This document shows, piece after piece, positions 1 to 9,364 of a DNA stretch of 64,000 nucleotides. The stretch spans positions 15,954 through 79,953 of IMG/VR virus record IMGVR_UViG_2921473944_000001, one strand, 5' to 3'. A model generated the notes under the pieces. That model had not been told where the DNA came from, made no database searches, and worked only from the letters and a program-made list of their open reading frames with translations. Numbering within the stretch: position 1 is the first letter of the stretch; every line of letters starts with the position of its first letter. This DNA is from a virus. Its lineage: Duplodnaviria; Caudoviricetes. The position numbers were made by a program, and so were the translations under genes.

Positions 1-124
1 ACGCCAGGGCTGCTACCCCAGCTTTTCCGTACTTATCGAGTACACTAACTTTGGCAGCTTCCTTTACTTTTTCGAAATATCGATTCAACTTCGAAAAATC
101 ACCCTTTTGTCTAAAACTTATCAT
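1..124 (-). CDS. Tail/neck component, HK97 gp10-like (partial, runs off window)
   Basis: Not in ORF track. Hand translation from ATG at 124: MISFRQKGDFSKLNRYFEKVKEAAKVSVLDKYGKAGVAALA, with GGTG RBS; lies downstream of the tail chaperones. Confidence 0.6.
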   Translation of the reverse strand, partial: MISFRQKGDFSKLNRYFEKVKEAAKVSVLDKYGKAGVAALA

Positions 125-147
125 TTTGATTCACACCTTTATAAAAA

Positions 148-185
148 CAAAAAGAGAAGGCTACGATTATCTCATAGTCCTCTCT
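148..185 (-). terminator. Intrinsic terminator after endolysin
   Basis: GAGAGGACTATG-loop-CGTAGCCTTCTC followed by TTTTTG on minus strand. Confidence 0.6.
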
Positions 186-187
186 CT

Positions 188-1231
188 TTAGATTATTTCA
201 ATCTGTACAGCATCAATTGCATGACCGTAGACCCCAGCATAGCCATTAGAACCTTCACCGTAGTCTGTTACCCATGCAAGCCAGCCGTCTTCTTTTGTAT
301 GAACACGATATTTAACGTGTCGTCCTTTTACGCCATCGATACAGAACTGAAGTCCATCAATCTCACTCTTGCATGTACCAGCAAAGGTATCACCGCTGTT
401 GTCTTTGTTGTAATCGGTACGCCATCCAAACCAATAACTGCCTTTCTTATGTGCACGATATTTCAGATATCCGACAGTCGCAGCATCGCCTTTAGTTTTT
501 GCTCTGAAACCAAGCATAGGATGACCAAGAGCCCCTGAGTATCCGTTAGCATTGTTTGTGTTATAGTTTGTTACTTCTGAAAGCCAGCCAATACCGCTAG
601 CGAACACCTGATGAACCACGTCGATCTTTGTTGTTGATTGTGCTGGTATTGTTGGAACTGGAGTGGGTTTAACAGATGGTGTAGAGCTTGAATGTTTTAC
701 GGTCGCACCAGTGATTCCGGCAACAATAGCTTCAGCACATTTATCAGCATCCCAATGTTCGTAGTCGTCTTTATCATCGACGAAACAACACTCAACGAGA
801 AGTGCTGGTGCTTTGGTGTTGTTAAGGATGTATAATCCGTGAGTATATTTTGATCCACGGTTTGTAATACTAAGCGCTGTGGCGATGTTATCGCAAATTC
901 GGTCTGAGATAGCTGCGGTTTTGTTATCGTAGTTCCATACTTCTACTCCGCCTGTCTTTTCATCACCTGAAGGGTCATTACGCCCGGAGTTAAGATGAAT
1001 AGAAATGTCGAGATCAACATTATGGATGTTACATTTATTCTTAATGTTGTTAAGATTCTGTCCCTGAGTTCTTCCAATATCATCTGTACAGTCATAAACA
1101 GTATTACCAGCGGCTCTAAGTAACTCGATAACTTTGTTTTTAACTTTACGGTCTTCATTTACCTCGTCAAGGAAACCTGATGCTCCTCTACACTGAAGTG
1201 AATGCCCGCCGTGTACGTTGTATATAGACAT
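188..1231 (-). CDS. Endolysin, N-acetylmuramoyl-L-alanine amidase (Amidase_3) with C-terminal repeat cell-wall-binding domain
   Basis: Zn-amidase motifs HGGH..E, SIHLN and LLVECCFVD; P/T-rich linker; two W/Y-rich repeats (YRAH..WFGW, YRVH..WLAW). Confidence 0.9.
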   Translation of the reverse strand: MSIYNVHGGHSLQCRGASGFLDEVNEDRKVKNKVIELLRAAGNTVYDCTDDIGRTQGQNLNNIKNKCNIHNVDLDISIHLNSGRNDPSGDEKTGGVEVWNYDNKTAAISDRICDNIATALSITNRGSKYTHGLYILNNTKAPALLVECCFVDDKDDYEHWDADKCAEAIVAGITGATVKHSSSTPSVKPTPVPTIPAQSTTKIDVVHQVFASGIGWLSEVTNYNTNNANGYSGALGHPMLGFRAKTKGDAATVGYLKYRAHKKGSYWFGWRTDYNKDNSGDTFAGTCKSEIDGLQFCIDGVKGRHVKYRVHTKEDGWLAWVTDYGEGSNGYAGVYGHAIDAVQIEII

Positions 1232-1249
1232 ATAGCATGTCTCCTTTCT

Positions 1250-1789
1250 TTATCCTTTTGAATTGAATCGTTTTCGATTAGCAGCATTTATGGCCTTGTG
1301 ATCGCGAATAATATCAGATGTACTTCGTTTATTACCTGGCGTTCTATAGCTTGTACAAACATGAATTAGCGTCAATAAACGGTTCAGATGCCATTTCTCA
1401 AATTCGACAGGTATGCCAAGTTCAATCATTTGGTAATAAATCTCTTCGTTCGTAATTTTTTTGTTTCTACTGCCTTTGTTCTTATCTGAAAAAGTAGTAG
1501 CGGTCATTGGTTTGTCTATGTACTCATTAACGACTCTGATATGTTCGTTTGTAATACATCGATATACATTGGGGTTAACGTTAGGCGTTATTGTCATACA
1601 TTTGATGTAATCAATGGTTTGTGCCTTTGTTTTATACCGTGTATTAATAAATGGTATTTCCCAATTTGATTCCCATTTTGAAATTGAGATAAGTGAATGC
1701 TCTAAAGTTAATGCCGTTCTATCGATGTTTATAAACTCGCCTGTTCTATCGTCGAACAGCTCTGTTTCTGGAATTATTAGCTTAAGCAT
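1250..1789 (-). CDS. Tail assembly protein (second chaperone-like gene)
   Basis: Follows the TAC gene; LEHSLISISKWES and EKWHLNRLLTLI motifs typical of this phage group. Confidence 0.55.
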   Translation of the reverse strand: MLKLIIPETELFDDRTGEFINIDRTALTLEHSLISISKWESNWEIPFINTRYKTKAQTIDYIKCMTITPNVNPNVYRCITNEHIRVVNEYIDKPMTATTFSDKNKGSRNKKITNEEIYYQMIELGIPVEFEKWHLNRLLTLIHVCTSYRTPGNKRSTSDIIRDHKAINAANRKRFNSKG

Positions 1790-1806
1790 TGACTCACCTA
1801 TTCGGT

Positions 1807-2202
1807 TTAGACAGCAGCAATCATTGTTTCTTTAGACTCATCGAAATTTTTTGGCATAATACCATTAACAAATGCCGATGCTGCTTCAGCATTCGTAGCT
1901 AATTCCATAAAAAGCTCTGAATATGCTTCGGTCTGTGAGAATGCTTCTCTATTCTCTTCTGTTTTGATGAAACGTCTACCATCCGGACTCTTTTCGCCAT
2001 AAGCTGCAAGAACAAGGTCTTTGAAAATTTTCACAAGTTTTGGTCCATCCTGTGTATTAACGATCTTCTGAATCATTTCAGCAAGTCCACCTGTTGTGCT
2101 AAGTTCCATCTCAGTAACTTCAGCCTTGGACAGGTTAAAATAAAAGTCTTCAGTTCTCTCGTTATCGTTGTAGTCTGTGTAAGTGATAGTTTTCTTTAAC
2201 AT
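1807..2202 (-). CDS. Tail assembly chaperone
   Basis: Acidic 131-aa protein immediately downstream of the major tail gene. Confidence 0.65.
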   Translation of the reverse strand: MLKKTITYTDYNDNERTEDFYFNLSKAEVTEMELSTTGGLAEMIQKIVNTQDGPKLVKIFKDLVLAAYGEKSPDGRRFIKTEENREAFSQTEAYSELFMELATNAEAASAFVNGIMPKNFDESKETMIAAV

Positions 2203-2222
2203 GTGTGTACTCCTTTCGTATA

Positions 2223-2255
2223 AACAAAGACCCCACCTGTGACAGTGGAGTCTCT
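2223..2255 (-). terminator. Intrinsic terminator after major tail gene
   Basis: AGACTCCACTGTCACAGGTGGGGTCTTTGTTT hairpin plus T tract. Confidence 0.65.
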
Positions 2256-2286
2256 CTTAGTTTTCCATTTTGATTTTTAGGGTTTA

Positions 2287-2949
2287 TTATGCTGCTGCGT
2301 CTTTCATAAGTGTGATTACTTCTGCTGGAAGTGGAAGTTTCGATTCAGCCTGTTCTGTTCCATACAGCATATCCTCAAGTTTCTTAAGTTTAGCTTTGTC
2401 GGCCTTTGTAGAATCAATAGTTACTGTAGCAGTTGGCTTAGCGTCAGCTACTTCCACTGGTGTTGTAGATACTGACCATGACATTGTGCCGGCTTCTGGG
2501 CTATCGTTTACTGTTGAATGGTTATTCTCGGACGGAGCTGCAAGACATCCGTATACGAGGTGTAACTTGTAGCCATGATCGTTTCCATCTACATCGTTAC
2601 CAAGCAGAGTTCGGTATGCAAGGCCGAACACTTTACGTTTCTGCTGTCCAATCACTACTCCTGGTGCGATTTCTTTAGATCCGTCACACTCCTCGAATTC
2701 GTCCGGGTATGTGAAAGCTTCGATTGTTGCTGCGAAATCCTCATTTGAAATCAGGTTAAGGTATTTACCGTTATTTGCATACAGAGCTGTTGGTTCTGCT
2801 CCTGATGGGCTCTCATTTACAGCTGAGATACCATTCCAGGCTACGCCAGTCCCATACTGTCCTGTGGATTCCATAGGGAAAAGTACTACTTTATCAACAC
2901 CAGTTTCATAGAGTCTTTCTCCAATCTGGTCCCATTTAAGTTTAGACAT
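2287..2949 (-). CDS. Major tail (tube) protein
   Basis: LYETGVDKVVLFP, AWNG, YANNGKY, KLHLVYGCLAAPSE motifs; position after tail terminator. Confidence 0.85.
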   Translation of the reverse strand: MSKLKWDQIGERLYETGVDKVVLFPMESTGQYGTGVAWNGISAVNESPSGAEPTALYANNGKYLNLISNEDFAATIEAFTYPDEFEECDGSKEIAPGVVIGQQKRKVFGLAYRTLLGNDVDGNDHGYKLHLVYGCLAAPSENNHSTVNDSPEAGTMSWSVSTTPVEVADAKPTATVTIDSTKADKAKLKKLEDMLYGTEQAESKLPLPAEVITLMKDAAA

Positions 2950-2968
2950 ATATGTTATCCTCCTATTA

Positions 2969-3274
2969 TTAGAAATATAAAGTGAATGTATCGTGATAGA
3001 GATTGTCTGCCTTGTATGTTCTATCTTGTGAACATAGTGGTAGGCGCAGTAATTTATCCACTACTGGGTGATCCGGTCTGTTATGTATAACAGTGATGTC
3101 ATAACGATTGGTTAATTGATAAACTTCATTAGAAGCATGCTTAACATTCGGTATATTCTTGCTATACACAATCGCCGGGTACTCCATCAATCTGTCTTCC
3201 GGTCGGTTGTAATATACCTCTTTAGAACCAAGTAGTTCTTCTAATTTACTCTGAAGTTCCAGCCGTGTTCCCAT
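2969..3274 (-). CDS. Tail terminator/completion protein
   Basis: YPAIVY motif and synteny; start refined to ATG 3274 behind a GGAGG RBS. Confidence 0.65.
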   Translation of the reverse strand: MGTRLELQSKLEELLGSKEVYYNRPEDRLMEYPAIVYSKNIPNVKHASNEVYQLTNRYDITVIHNRPDHPVVDKLLRLPLCSQDRTYKADNLYHDTFTLYF

Positions 3275-3587
3275 GGTATACACCTCCAACCGTAAGTATT
3301 AATCTTGGGTACTCTACTTTTACGTCTGTGACTTTCCATAAAGTGCCCATGAATTCCAGATATAGAACTGATGAATAGTGGTATAAAAGATAAGGGTCAG
3401 CGAGAATACTAATCTGATTTGAAAGATTAATATCATCACCAACCCTCTCTGTAGAAACATATCGTTTCCAATTTGTGGATAGTACGTCTCCTTGGTATAG
3501 ATGTTCTACGATAGCATCTTCGTAGTAACCAGGTTCAATCTCTACATCATGTTCTGCAAATCCAATTTTTCCGCACCATTTTGACAT
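3246..3587 (-). CDS. Head-tail joining (head closure) protein
   Basis: 113 aa, between capsid and tail terminator; WKVTDVKVEYPRLILTVGG. Confidence 0.65.
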   Translation of the reverse strand: MSKWCGKIGFAEHDVEIEPGYYEDAIVEHLYQGDVLSTNWKRYVSTERVGDDINLSNQISILADPYLLYHYSSVLYLEFMGTLWKVTDVKVEYPRLILTVGGVYHGNTAGTSE

Positions 3588-3616
3588 ACTATTTCCTCCA
3601 TTTTGATTTTATTAGA

Positions 3617-5536
3617 TTAAGCTGCGATATCTGTTGTAGCCTGCACGAACTCAATAGCTACTGCTCCGTATGGTTTGCACATAGCTCCTGAACAACGTGT
3701 CTCAATCAGGTACTTCTGTTTGTTGAAGTCGATATCGAAGTCATCAAACATGGTCACATCTCCGCCCCGATCTGTTCCGACGTTGTAGTCTGTAAGGTTC
3801 ACATACAGACCGGCAAGGAAATGTGTGTTAGCACCTTTAATTCTTGACAGTCCTTCCATAACCGGTACAGGAACGATCTTGTTTACGCGAAGTCTTGTAG
3901 CGAGTTTCTCTACTGTGTCATAGATAACTCGTCCGGTCTTGTCTTCGAGAAGCAGGCAGTCTGTAAGCATATCTTCAGACATGTACATAGTCGGATTTCC
4001 TGATCCTTTGTACGCTTTTCTTGACTTGATACATGCTTTGATGAACGCCTGGGCTTTCTCTTCAGCTGTTGTAGCCTTTGTAATAGCAATCTCAGATTTA
4101 ACTGTATAAACGTCATCATCTGTCCATACTGGTCTGATATTCTGCTCGTTGATCTTGTCTTCTGCAGATGTGCTGCGTCCGTCACCGAACAGGTATGCAC
4201 GTGCAAGCTCCTCGTCAAGCATCATACGCATCTCCTGCTTCAGCCATGGGATCATATCGAAATCTGTGATGTCCAGCATGTCATCTCTGTCAAGGGACTG
4301 TTTCTTGTAAACTGTTACTGGTGTAGTAACACGTTTCAGCATTTTGAATACTTCATCTTTCTTCTGTTTGCCTTTAATGTATCCCTTTGCTCTTGCTTCA
4401 TCTTCTGTGATGTCAGCGAAGATAGATTTAACACGGCTGAATGGTGTTTTGTGTACTGCTGCCATAACTCCAGCTACCCAGCCATTGTCTCTCTGGATAA
4501 ATCCTGGTGTTTTATCAATTGTCTGTGCATCCGGGAACAGAGTATCAATGTCTGTAATTCCGTGCTCAAGGAAGGCGTCTTTAAGGCTTCCGCGTCTTCT
4601 AGCCTCTCCAATAATTTCCTGGAATTCAGAGTGTGTGAGGATTTCCTGATCCTGTGTGTTTGTCTCCTTATCAAATACGTTATGTTTCATAAAATCTGTC
4701 TCTCCTTCTTCTGAGTGTTCTACGTCGTCAGTATCTACGCCGGCATCTTCCAGAGCCTGACCAATCATTGTGTATACCACTGTTTTCTGTTTGTCTGTTA
4801 ATGTGTTAAATACATCAGCTACTGTTTCGTCTGAATCAGTGCTATCATCTGACGCTGCATGTTTTACTTCTTTCTTGTCTTCGTCGTCAGTGTCGACACC
4901 GGCTTCTTCCAAAGCCTGTCCGATCATTGCATAAACTACGGTCTTCTGCTCTTCTGTTAATGTGTTAAATACATCAGCTACTGTTTTGTCGTCATCGTTT
5001 TTAGCAGCTGGCTTCTGTTCTTTATTATCAGTTCCCACTTCTGTTTCTCCTTTCTTTCCTTCATCTGAATGTGTAAGTTCGTCGTCGAAATCAATGTATT
5101 CTCCGCAACGGATAATTGCCTCTTCTTCAGATCCATCGCCATGAGCCATTACTGAATCAATAACAGCGCCTGGATTTGCTCCAGCGAGGACTAAACTAAC
5201 CTCACGAATAACTCCGTGAATAACGTCTCCGCCCATCTGTTTGAGTTTGTTAGCCCAAATAGACAGACGATCAATATCTTTATGCTGAACAAGGGTTTTA
5301 GCATTCTGTCCGGCTTCAGTGTTATTGAATGAAATATAGGCATATACTCCGTTGTCACGGTTCTCTAATACAGCATGTCCAAGTACTGCATTCGGATCGT
5401 TATGTTCATGATTCCAAACAACTGGAACAGTTTTTCCGTCACATTCTTCGAAGGCATTCTTACGAATAGTTCGTCCATCTGAGCAAAGCATGTTTGCTTT
5501 TGTCGCCCATCCAGAGCAGTCATAAGATTTAGCCAT
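3617..5536 (-). CDS. Prohead protease - scaffold - HK97-fold major capsid protein fusion
   Basis: N-terminal HK97-type protease motifs (VPVVWNH, LSIW, IREVSLV..GANP); acidic duplicated linker; capsid C-terminus (FDDFDIDFNKQKYLIETRCSGA). Start refined to ATG 5536 after GGAGG. Confidence 0.88.
   Translation of the reverse strand: MAKSYDCSGWATKANMLCSDGRTIRKNAFEECDGKTVPVVWNHEHNDPNAVLGHAVLENRDNGVYAYISFNNTEAGQNAKTLVQHKDIDRLSIWANKLKQMGGDVIHGVIREVSLVLAGANPGAVIDSVMAHGDGSEEEAIIRCGEYIDFDDELTHSDEGKKGETEVGTDNKEQKPAAKNDDDKTVADVFNTLTEEQKTVVYAMIGQALEEAGVDTDDEDKKEVKHAASDDSTDSDETVADVFNTLTDKQKTVVYTMIGQALEDAGVDTDDVEHSEEGETDFMKHNVFDKETNTQDQEILTHSEFQEIIGEARRRGSLKDAFLEHGITDIDTLFPDAQTIDKTPGFIQRDNGWVAGVMAAVHKTPFSRVKSIFADITEDEARAKGYIKGKQKKDEVFKMLKRVTTPVTVYKKQSLDRDDMLDITDFDMIPWLKQEMRMMLDEELARAYLFGDGRSTSAEDKINEQNIRPVWTDDDVYTVKSEIAITKATTAEEKAQAFIKACIKSRKAYKGSGNPTMYMSEDMLTDCLLLEDKTGRVIYDTVEKLATRLRVNKIVPVPVMEGLSRIKGANTHFLAGLYVNLTDYNVGTDRGGDVTMFDDFDIDFNKQKYLIETRCSGAMCKPYGAVAIEFVQATTDIAA
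4725..4990 (-). repeat. Tandem duplicated 35-aa scaffold segment in capsid fusion
   Basis: KTVADVFNTLTEEQKTVVYAMIGQALEEAGVDTDD and ETVADVFNTLTDKQKTVVYTMIGQALEDAGVDTDD, also similar at DNA level. Confidence 0.9.
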
Positions 5537-5664
5537 TTTGATTTTTACCTCCAAAGTCTATCTGTATAATTGGTTTAAAAGTTACAATGTATCTCTATCT
5601 CAAACTCAGATGACACTTTGTCAAAGTCTCGCAATATGGAATTGTCTCTTAATGTTTAAAATTG

Positions 5665-5692
5665 AAAAAGCTCATTAGAATTAATGAGATTA
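5665..5692 (-). terminator. Intrinsic terminator after portal
   Basis: CTCATTA-ATTC-TAATGAG followed by CTTTTT. Confidence 0.55.
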
Positions 5693-5701
5693 GATTTGTG
5701 T

Positions 5702-7012
5702 TTAATTATCCATACTTTGTAAGCTGGATATAGGCATGTTTCCTAATGCTATGTCGTCTTCAGGCACTTCTCTGTCAGTAGGGTACTCTTCCTGTTCTAC
5801 CATATTATCAGGTGTTATCATACTTTCATCTTGGATAGCAGATTCTGGCTGATTCAAGTTACTGTTAATAAGCTTGTCAGCTTTCGGATCGTCAGATGGT
5901 TTCATACCGATTAGCTGTCGTATCTCATTACTTGTAAGAATCTCATTACGAGTAAACTTATCTGCTATTTCAGCAATGTCGTTAACTGGCACTAGACGGA
6001 ACGGGTCTTTGAAGAACATAATAGTCTGTAGCTGAGTCCGTGCTGTTTTGGTCAAGAATTTACGTTTCATCTCGTCCACTATTGCTGATAAGATAGGCTC
6101 GATCGTACGGTTATTGTAGTTAAGCATTGTCTTTTCGTCAGCAGTACCATTCATTACTTCCTGTGTGATACCAAGCTGGCTGTATAAGAGATTGGTAAGA
6201 TATTCAATCTGTTTCATGAGGTTGTTCTCGACAGGTCGGTTTAACTGAACAATCTTCTCTGTACCGTCGATATAAGCAATACCATATGGTCCTTTCAATT
6301 GTTCTTCAATACTTTCCATTCTCTTCTTAGCTTCGTTACGTCTAGCCTCAGAACGAATCTGGTATGGTAACTGAATAACCATGTCAAGTTTTCCAGATCC
6401 GGTGGATTCATCAACAGCATCAAGTAACACCAATTTACGCATAAGTCGTTTCATGGTAGAATTCTGCTCGTTGATTACGGCATACAGCGGACTCTCTACA
6501 ATACCTACTGTTTTCTTGGGTAGAACAACTTCTTCTTGGTGACCAGTTTTTTCATTATAAAGTCGAACTTTAACATATTCTGGATACCATTCAAGAATCT
6601 TACCGGTTCTCAATGTTAAAATATCGTATGAGCTTGTCTGTGTTGGATTAAATGTAGTATCTACTGGAACCATGGCTACTGTACCTTCATCGAGCATACT
6701 CATAACTGTATCCTGCATGAACGCTCGTCCAGTCTGGTCAATATTTGCTTCAAGATTGAGACAGTTATTTATGCCTGAATCTATATCTTTTATAAATCTA
6801 CCATTTACATCAACTTTACAATGCTTGATATTTACTGACGATACATCTACCGCAATTCTATTAAATATAGAAGTAATTATTGATCGTTCATTACCTCTCG
6901 ATAGTTGTACACGATCAGGTCGATACGATGCGGAAGTACCTCTATTTAAATAAGTAGGTTCTCTGTTCCTGAATACGTCCCAGCTATGCCGGAGTGTATC
7001 AAATATTCCCAT
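5702..7012 (-). CDS. Portal protein (HK97-like)
   Basis: 436 aa between terL and protease-capsid; NEILTSNEIRQLIGMKP C-terminal portal motif. Confidence 0.88.
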   Translation of the reverse strand: MGIFDTLRHSWDVFRNREPTYLNRGTSASYRPDRVQLSRGNERSIITSIFNRIAVDVSSVNIKHCKVDVNGRFIKDIDSGINNCLNLEANIDQTGRAFMQDTVMSMLDEGTVAMVPVDTTFNPTQTSSYDILTLRTGKILEWYPEYVKVRLYNEKTGHQEEVVLPKKTVGIVESPLYAVINEQNSTMKRLMRKLVLLDAVDESTGSGKLDMVIQLPYQIRSEARRNEAKKRMESIEEQLKGPYGIAYIDGTEKIVQLNRPVENNLMKQIEYLTNLLYSQLGITQEVMNGTADEKTMLNYNNRTIEPILSAIVDEMKRKFLTKTARTQLQTIMFFKDPFRLVPVNDIAEIADKFTRNEILTSNEIRQLIGMKPSDDPKADKLINSNLNQPESAIQDESMITPDNMVEQEEYPTDREVPEDDIALGNMPISSLQSMDN

Positions 7013-7029
7013 TTTGATTTTTACCTCCT

Positions 7030-8763
7030 TTACTCAAAGGCATCTTTATTTTGTTTCCAAGCTATAAACGCATCCATGAGTGCTGCGACACAGTCAATCT
7101 TGTGTTCTCGTTTACGCTTGAATAGTTTACGGTTGCCATTGCTGTCTTCGAGAGTGATACAGTTACCCATAGCGAAAGTCATGATGCTTTCATCAAATAT
7201 AAGCATTCTCTCTTCAGACAGTTTCTTAAGTTCACCTAATGGAATTGACTCAGTTTTTGCACCCTGTGGCACTTTTTCGATTCCATATGGACCATGCTCT
7301 TGCTCGTATCTTGTTACGAATTCTTTAGCTCCATAAGGATCGTATCCAAAGCATCGAACATCATAATCGCAGTCTATGATATGCTGATCAAGATCCTCAT
7401 AAACTTGCATCATGTCAAGGACAGTTCCTTCCAAAATAACGAGACTGCCCTCTTTCATGAATTCCTCATATTTAGTTCGCATGGCTGCTGGTAGTTTCTT
7501 TAGAGTTAAAGAAGATATATAATTACGAGATTTAATTCCGAATGTACCATCTGGTAACGGAAATAAGAATGTAAAACTACAGAAGTCATCACCCTGCGAT
7601 AAATCGGCTCCTAATGCGCAAGGCATTTGCCAGAAGTCCCTTCGTCGGTGCGGTAAGGTCTCCTCATACGTAAAGTAATATGTATAGCCTTCCAATGGGA
7701 TTCCGAATCTCTTTGCTAGAATATCGTTTCTAACAGCTGGATTCTGTTCTGCTCTTTCGACATCCTGTTGGTATGTTTCATAAGTTACTGTCAGACCAAG
7801 GTTCGGATTTGCTTTAACCCACATCTCTGGTTTGGCAACTTCGTCGATAGAATCTAGCTTGTACCACCATATTGACACATGTGGATTACGATACTCGTTC
7901 TTAAGTATCTTTGCTAATTCCATTTTGACTGTATCGCCACTACCATTTCGGACTGTTCCTTCTGAACTAATAGCTACGATAAGGTAGTCGTCGTTCTTGG
8001 AAGCTCCCTGTTCAAGAGCGCCGATTACATCTTCTCGCACATCACCGGATAGCCATTCATCGACAGTGTTAATACGACTGTTTAGACCCTGAAGTTTATC
8101 AATACTCATTGGCCTGATTTCGAGTAACGAACCGGTTAGGAAGTTTTCAATACCTTTCTTGGTACTCGCAAGTTTCTGACGGTTTGCCCTCGATCCGGTA
8201 GTATTCTGCAGTGACCCCTCAGTCAAGAACTTAAAGAGTGGACCTCTTGATCTTGTGATAGCAGTTCGAATCGGTGATAATACCTCTTCAGACTGTTTCA
8301 TAGTAGGTGCTGTGGTAATCTGATGTGTGGTTGACGTATCCACATTTAAGAAGTAACTCTGAATACAAGCAGCATACATCGACTTCGCAGCACCTCTGGC
8401 TACGATTAGATACTGCTTATTAATGAGTCGTTTCTTAATTGTCTTCTGTACATACCGCCCAAGTTCTGGGTCATATACACTTCGTTCTTTGTAGTAGTAC
8501 CAACCAAAAATCTCTTCTGCCCAAAGTTTAAATGAATCAAGTAGATGTAAGTCTTCACCATCAGTGAGTGTCATTTCATTCTCACAATAATGAATAAAGC
8601 CCTCGACAGCTCTGTTGTCATACCAGAACGCGGGACTTTCTATTAGGTCATCTATTCGATGCATTTCCATCTCTACTTCTTCGCAGATTGGAATTTCGCC
8701 TCTCATTACGGCGTCTCGAAACTTTCCATAATATATAGGAGTCGCTGTATTACTTAACGCCAT
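7030..8763 (-). CDS. terL: Terminase large subunit
   Basis: Walker A VARGAAKS, Walker B TVDE, C-motif ISSEG, nuclease GADLSQGDD and KIDCVAALMDA. Confidence 0.93.
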   Translation of the reverse strand: MALSNTATPIYYGKFRDAVMRGEIPICEEVEMEMHRIDDLIESPAFWYDNRAVEGFIHYCENEMTLTDGEDLHLLDSFKLWAEEIFGWYYYKERSVYDPELGRYVQKTIKKRLINKQYLIVARGAAKSMYAACIQSYFLNVDTSTTHQITTAPTMKQSEEVLSPIRTAITRSRGPLFKFLTEGSLQNTTGSRANRQKLASTKKGIENFLTGSLLEIRPMSIDKLQGLNSRINTVDEWLSGDVREDVIGALEQGASKNDDYLIVAISSEGTVRNGSGDTVKMELAKILKNEYRNPHVSIWWYKLDSIDEVAKPEMWVKANPNLGLTVTYETYQQDVERAEQNPAVRNDILAKRFGIPLEGYTYYFTYEETLPHRRRDFWQMPCALGADLSQGDDFCSFTFLFPLPDGTFGIKSRNYISSLTLKKLPAAMRTKYEEFMKEGSLVILEGTVLDMMQVYEDLDQHIIDCDYDVRCFGYDPYGAKEFVTRYEQEHGPYGIEKVPQGAKTESIPLGELKKLSEERMLIFDESIMTFAMGNCITLEDSNGNRKLFKRKREHKIDCVAALMDAFIAWKQNKDAFE

Positions 8764-8781
8764 AATTTATTCACCTACTTT

Positions 8782-9309
8782 TCATCTGAACTGTTTTCTT
8801 AATTGTTCGATGTCATCAAGATTGGATTTAGCATAATCATCGAATTTTTCCATCGAGTATTTTGTGCATAGCAGCTTAGCTTTTTTATAATTTGAATTAC
8901 TACAAATATCGTGGATTAACGCTCTATTATAATGCTTGGACATAGTTTTTTCGAATAATTTTTCATATCCATCGACATATGATTTATCGTTCACGTAGTC
9001 ATGGTTAGTAGCTCTTTTACCTAATTTTTTGTCGTATTCTTTATTGTACTGCTAAGCCTTTCCGTTATTCATTTCATTAGCGGCTTCGTTGTATGCCTTA
9101 CGATATCGTTTTGAATCCCCTTTATTAATATCCTTACTAGCTTTGTTGAGATATTTTCTATATTCTTTAGATACTTTATTTTTACCAATGTCGGTTAAAG
9201 TTCCGTCTGAATTCTGATATTTCCTGACACCCCACTTCATACCTTTAACTCCGTAATGTAAGAGTTCTTCTTGGTTACTTCTTGAAAATATGTATATATT
9301 GTTTTGCAT
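8782..9309 (-). pseudogene. HxGVKGMKWG-motif protein interrupted by one in-frame TAG (9052-9054)
   Basis: ORFs 9052..9309 and 8782..8994 share a frame; reading through TAG gives ...NNGKA*QYNKEYDKKLGKRATNHDYVNDKSY..., 175 codons. Confidence 0.75.
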
Positions 9310-9364
9310 TATTTCTATTCGTCACCTTTCTTTTACTTGCATAACAAGTATTTATAGCAAATTA

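Noticed and set aside
1280-1308. CGCGAA promoter copies at 1303, 10812, 25262, 39091, 43678
   Set aside because: Inside coding regions and lacking the -10 element at the conserved spacing
1780-1830. Programmed G/GT frameshift between the tail chaperone genes
   Set aside because: No slippery heptamer at the 3' end of 1807..2202, and the downstream gene has its own SD and ATG
5605-5630. Sigma-A promoter for the capsid gene (TTGACA within a TGACA/TGTCA palindrome)
   Set aside because: No acceptable -10 at 16-18 nt; could still be an operator, but unsupported
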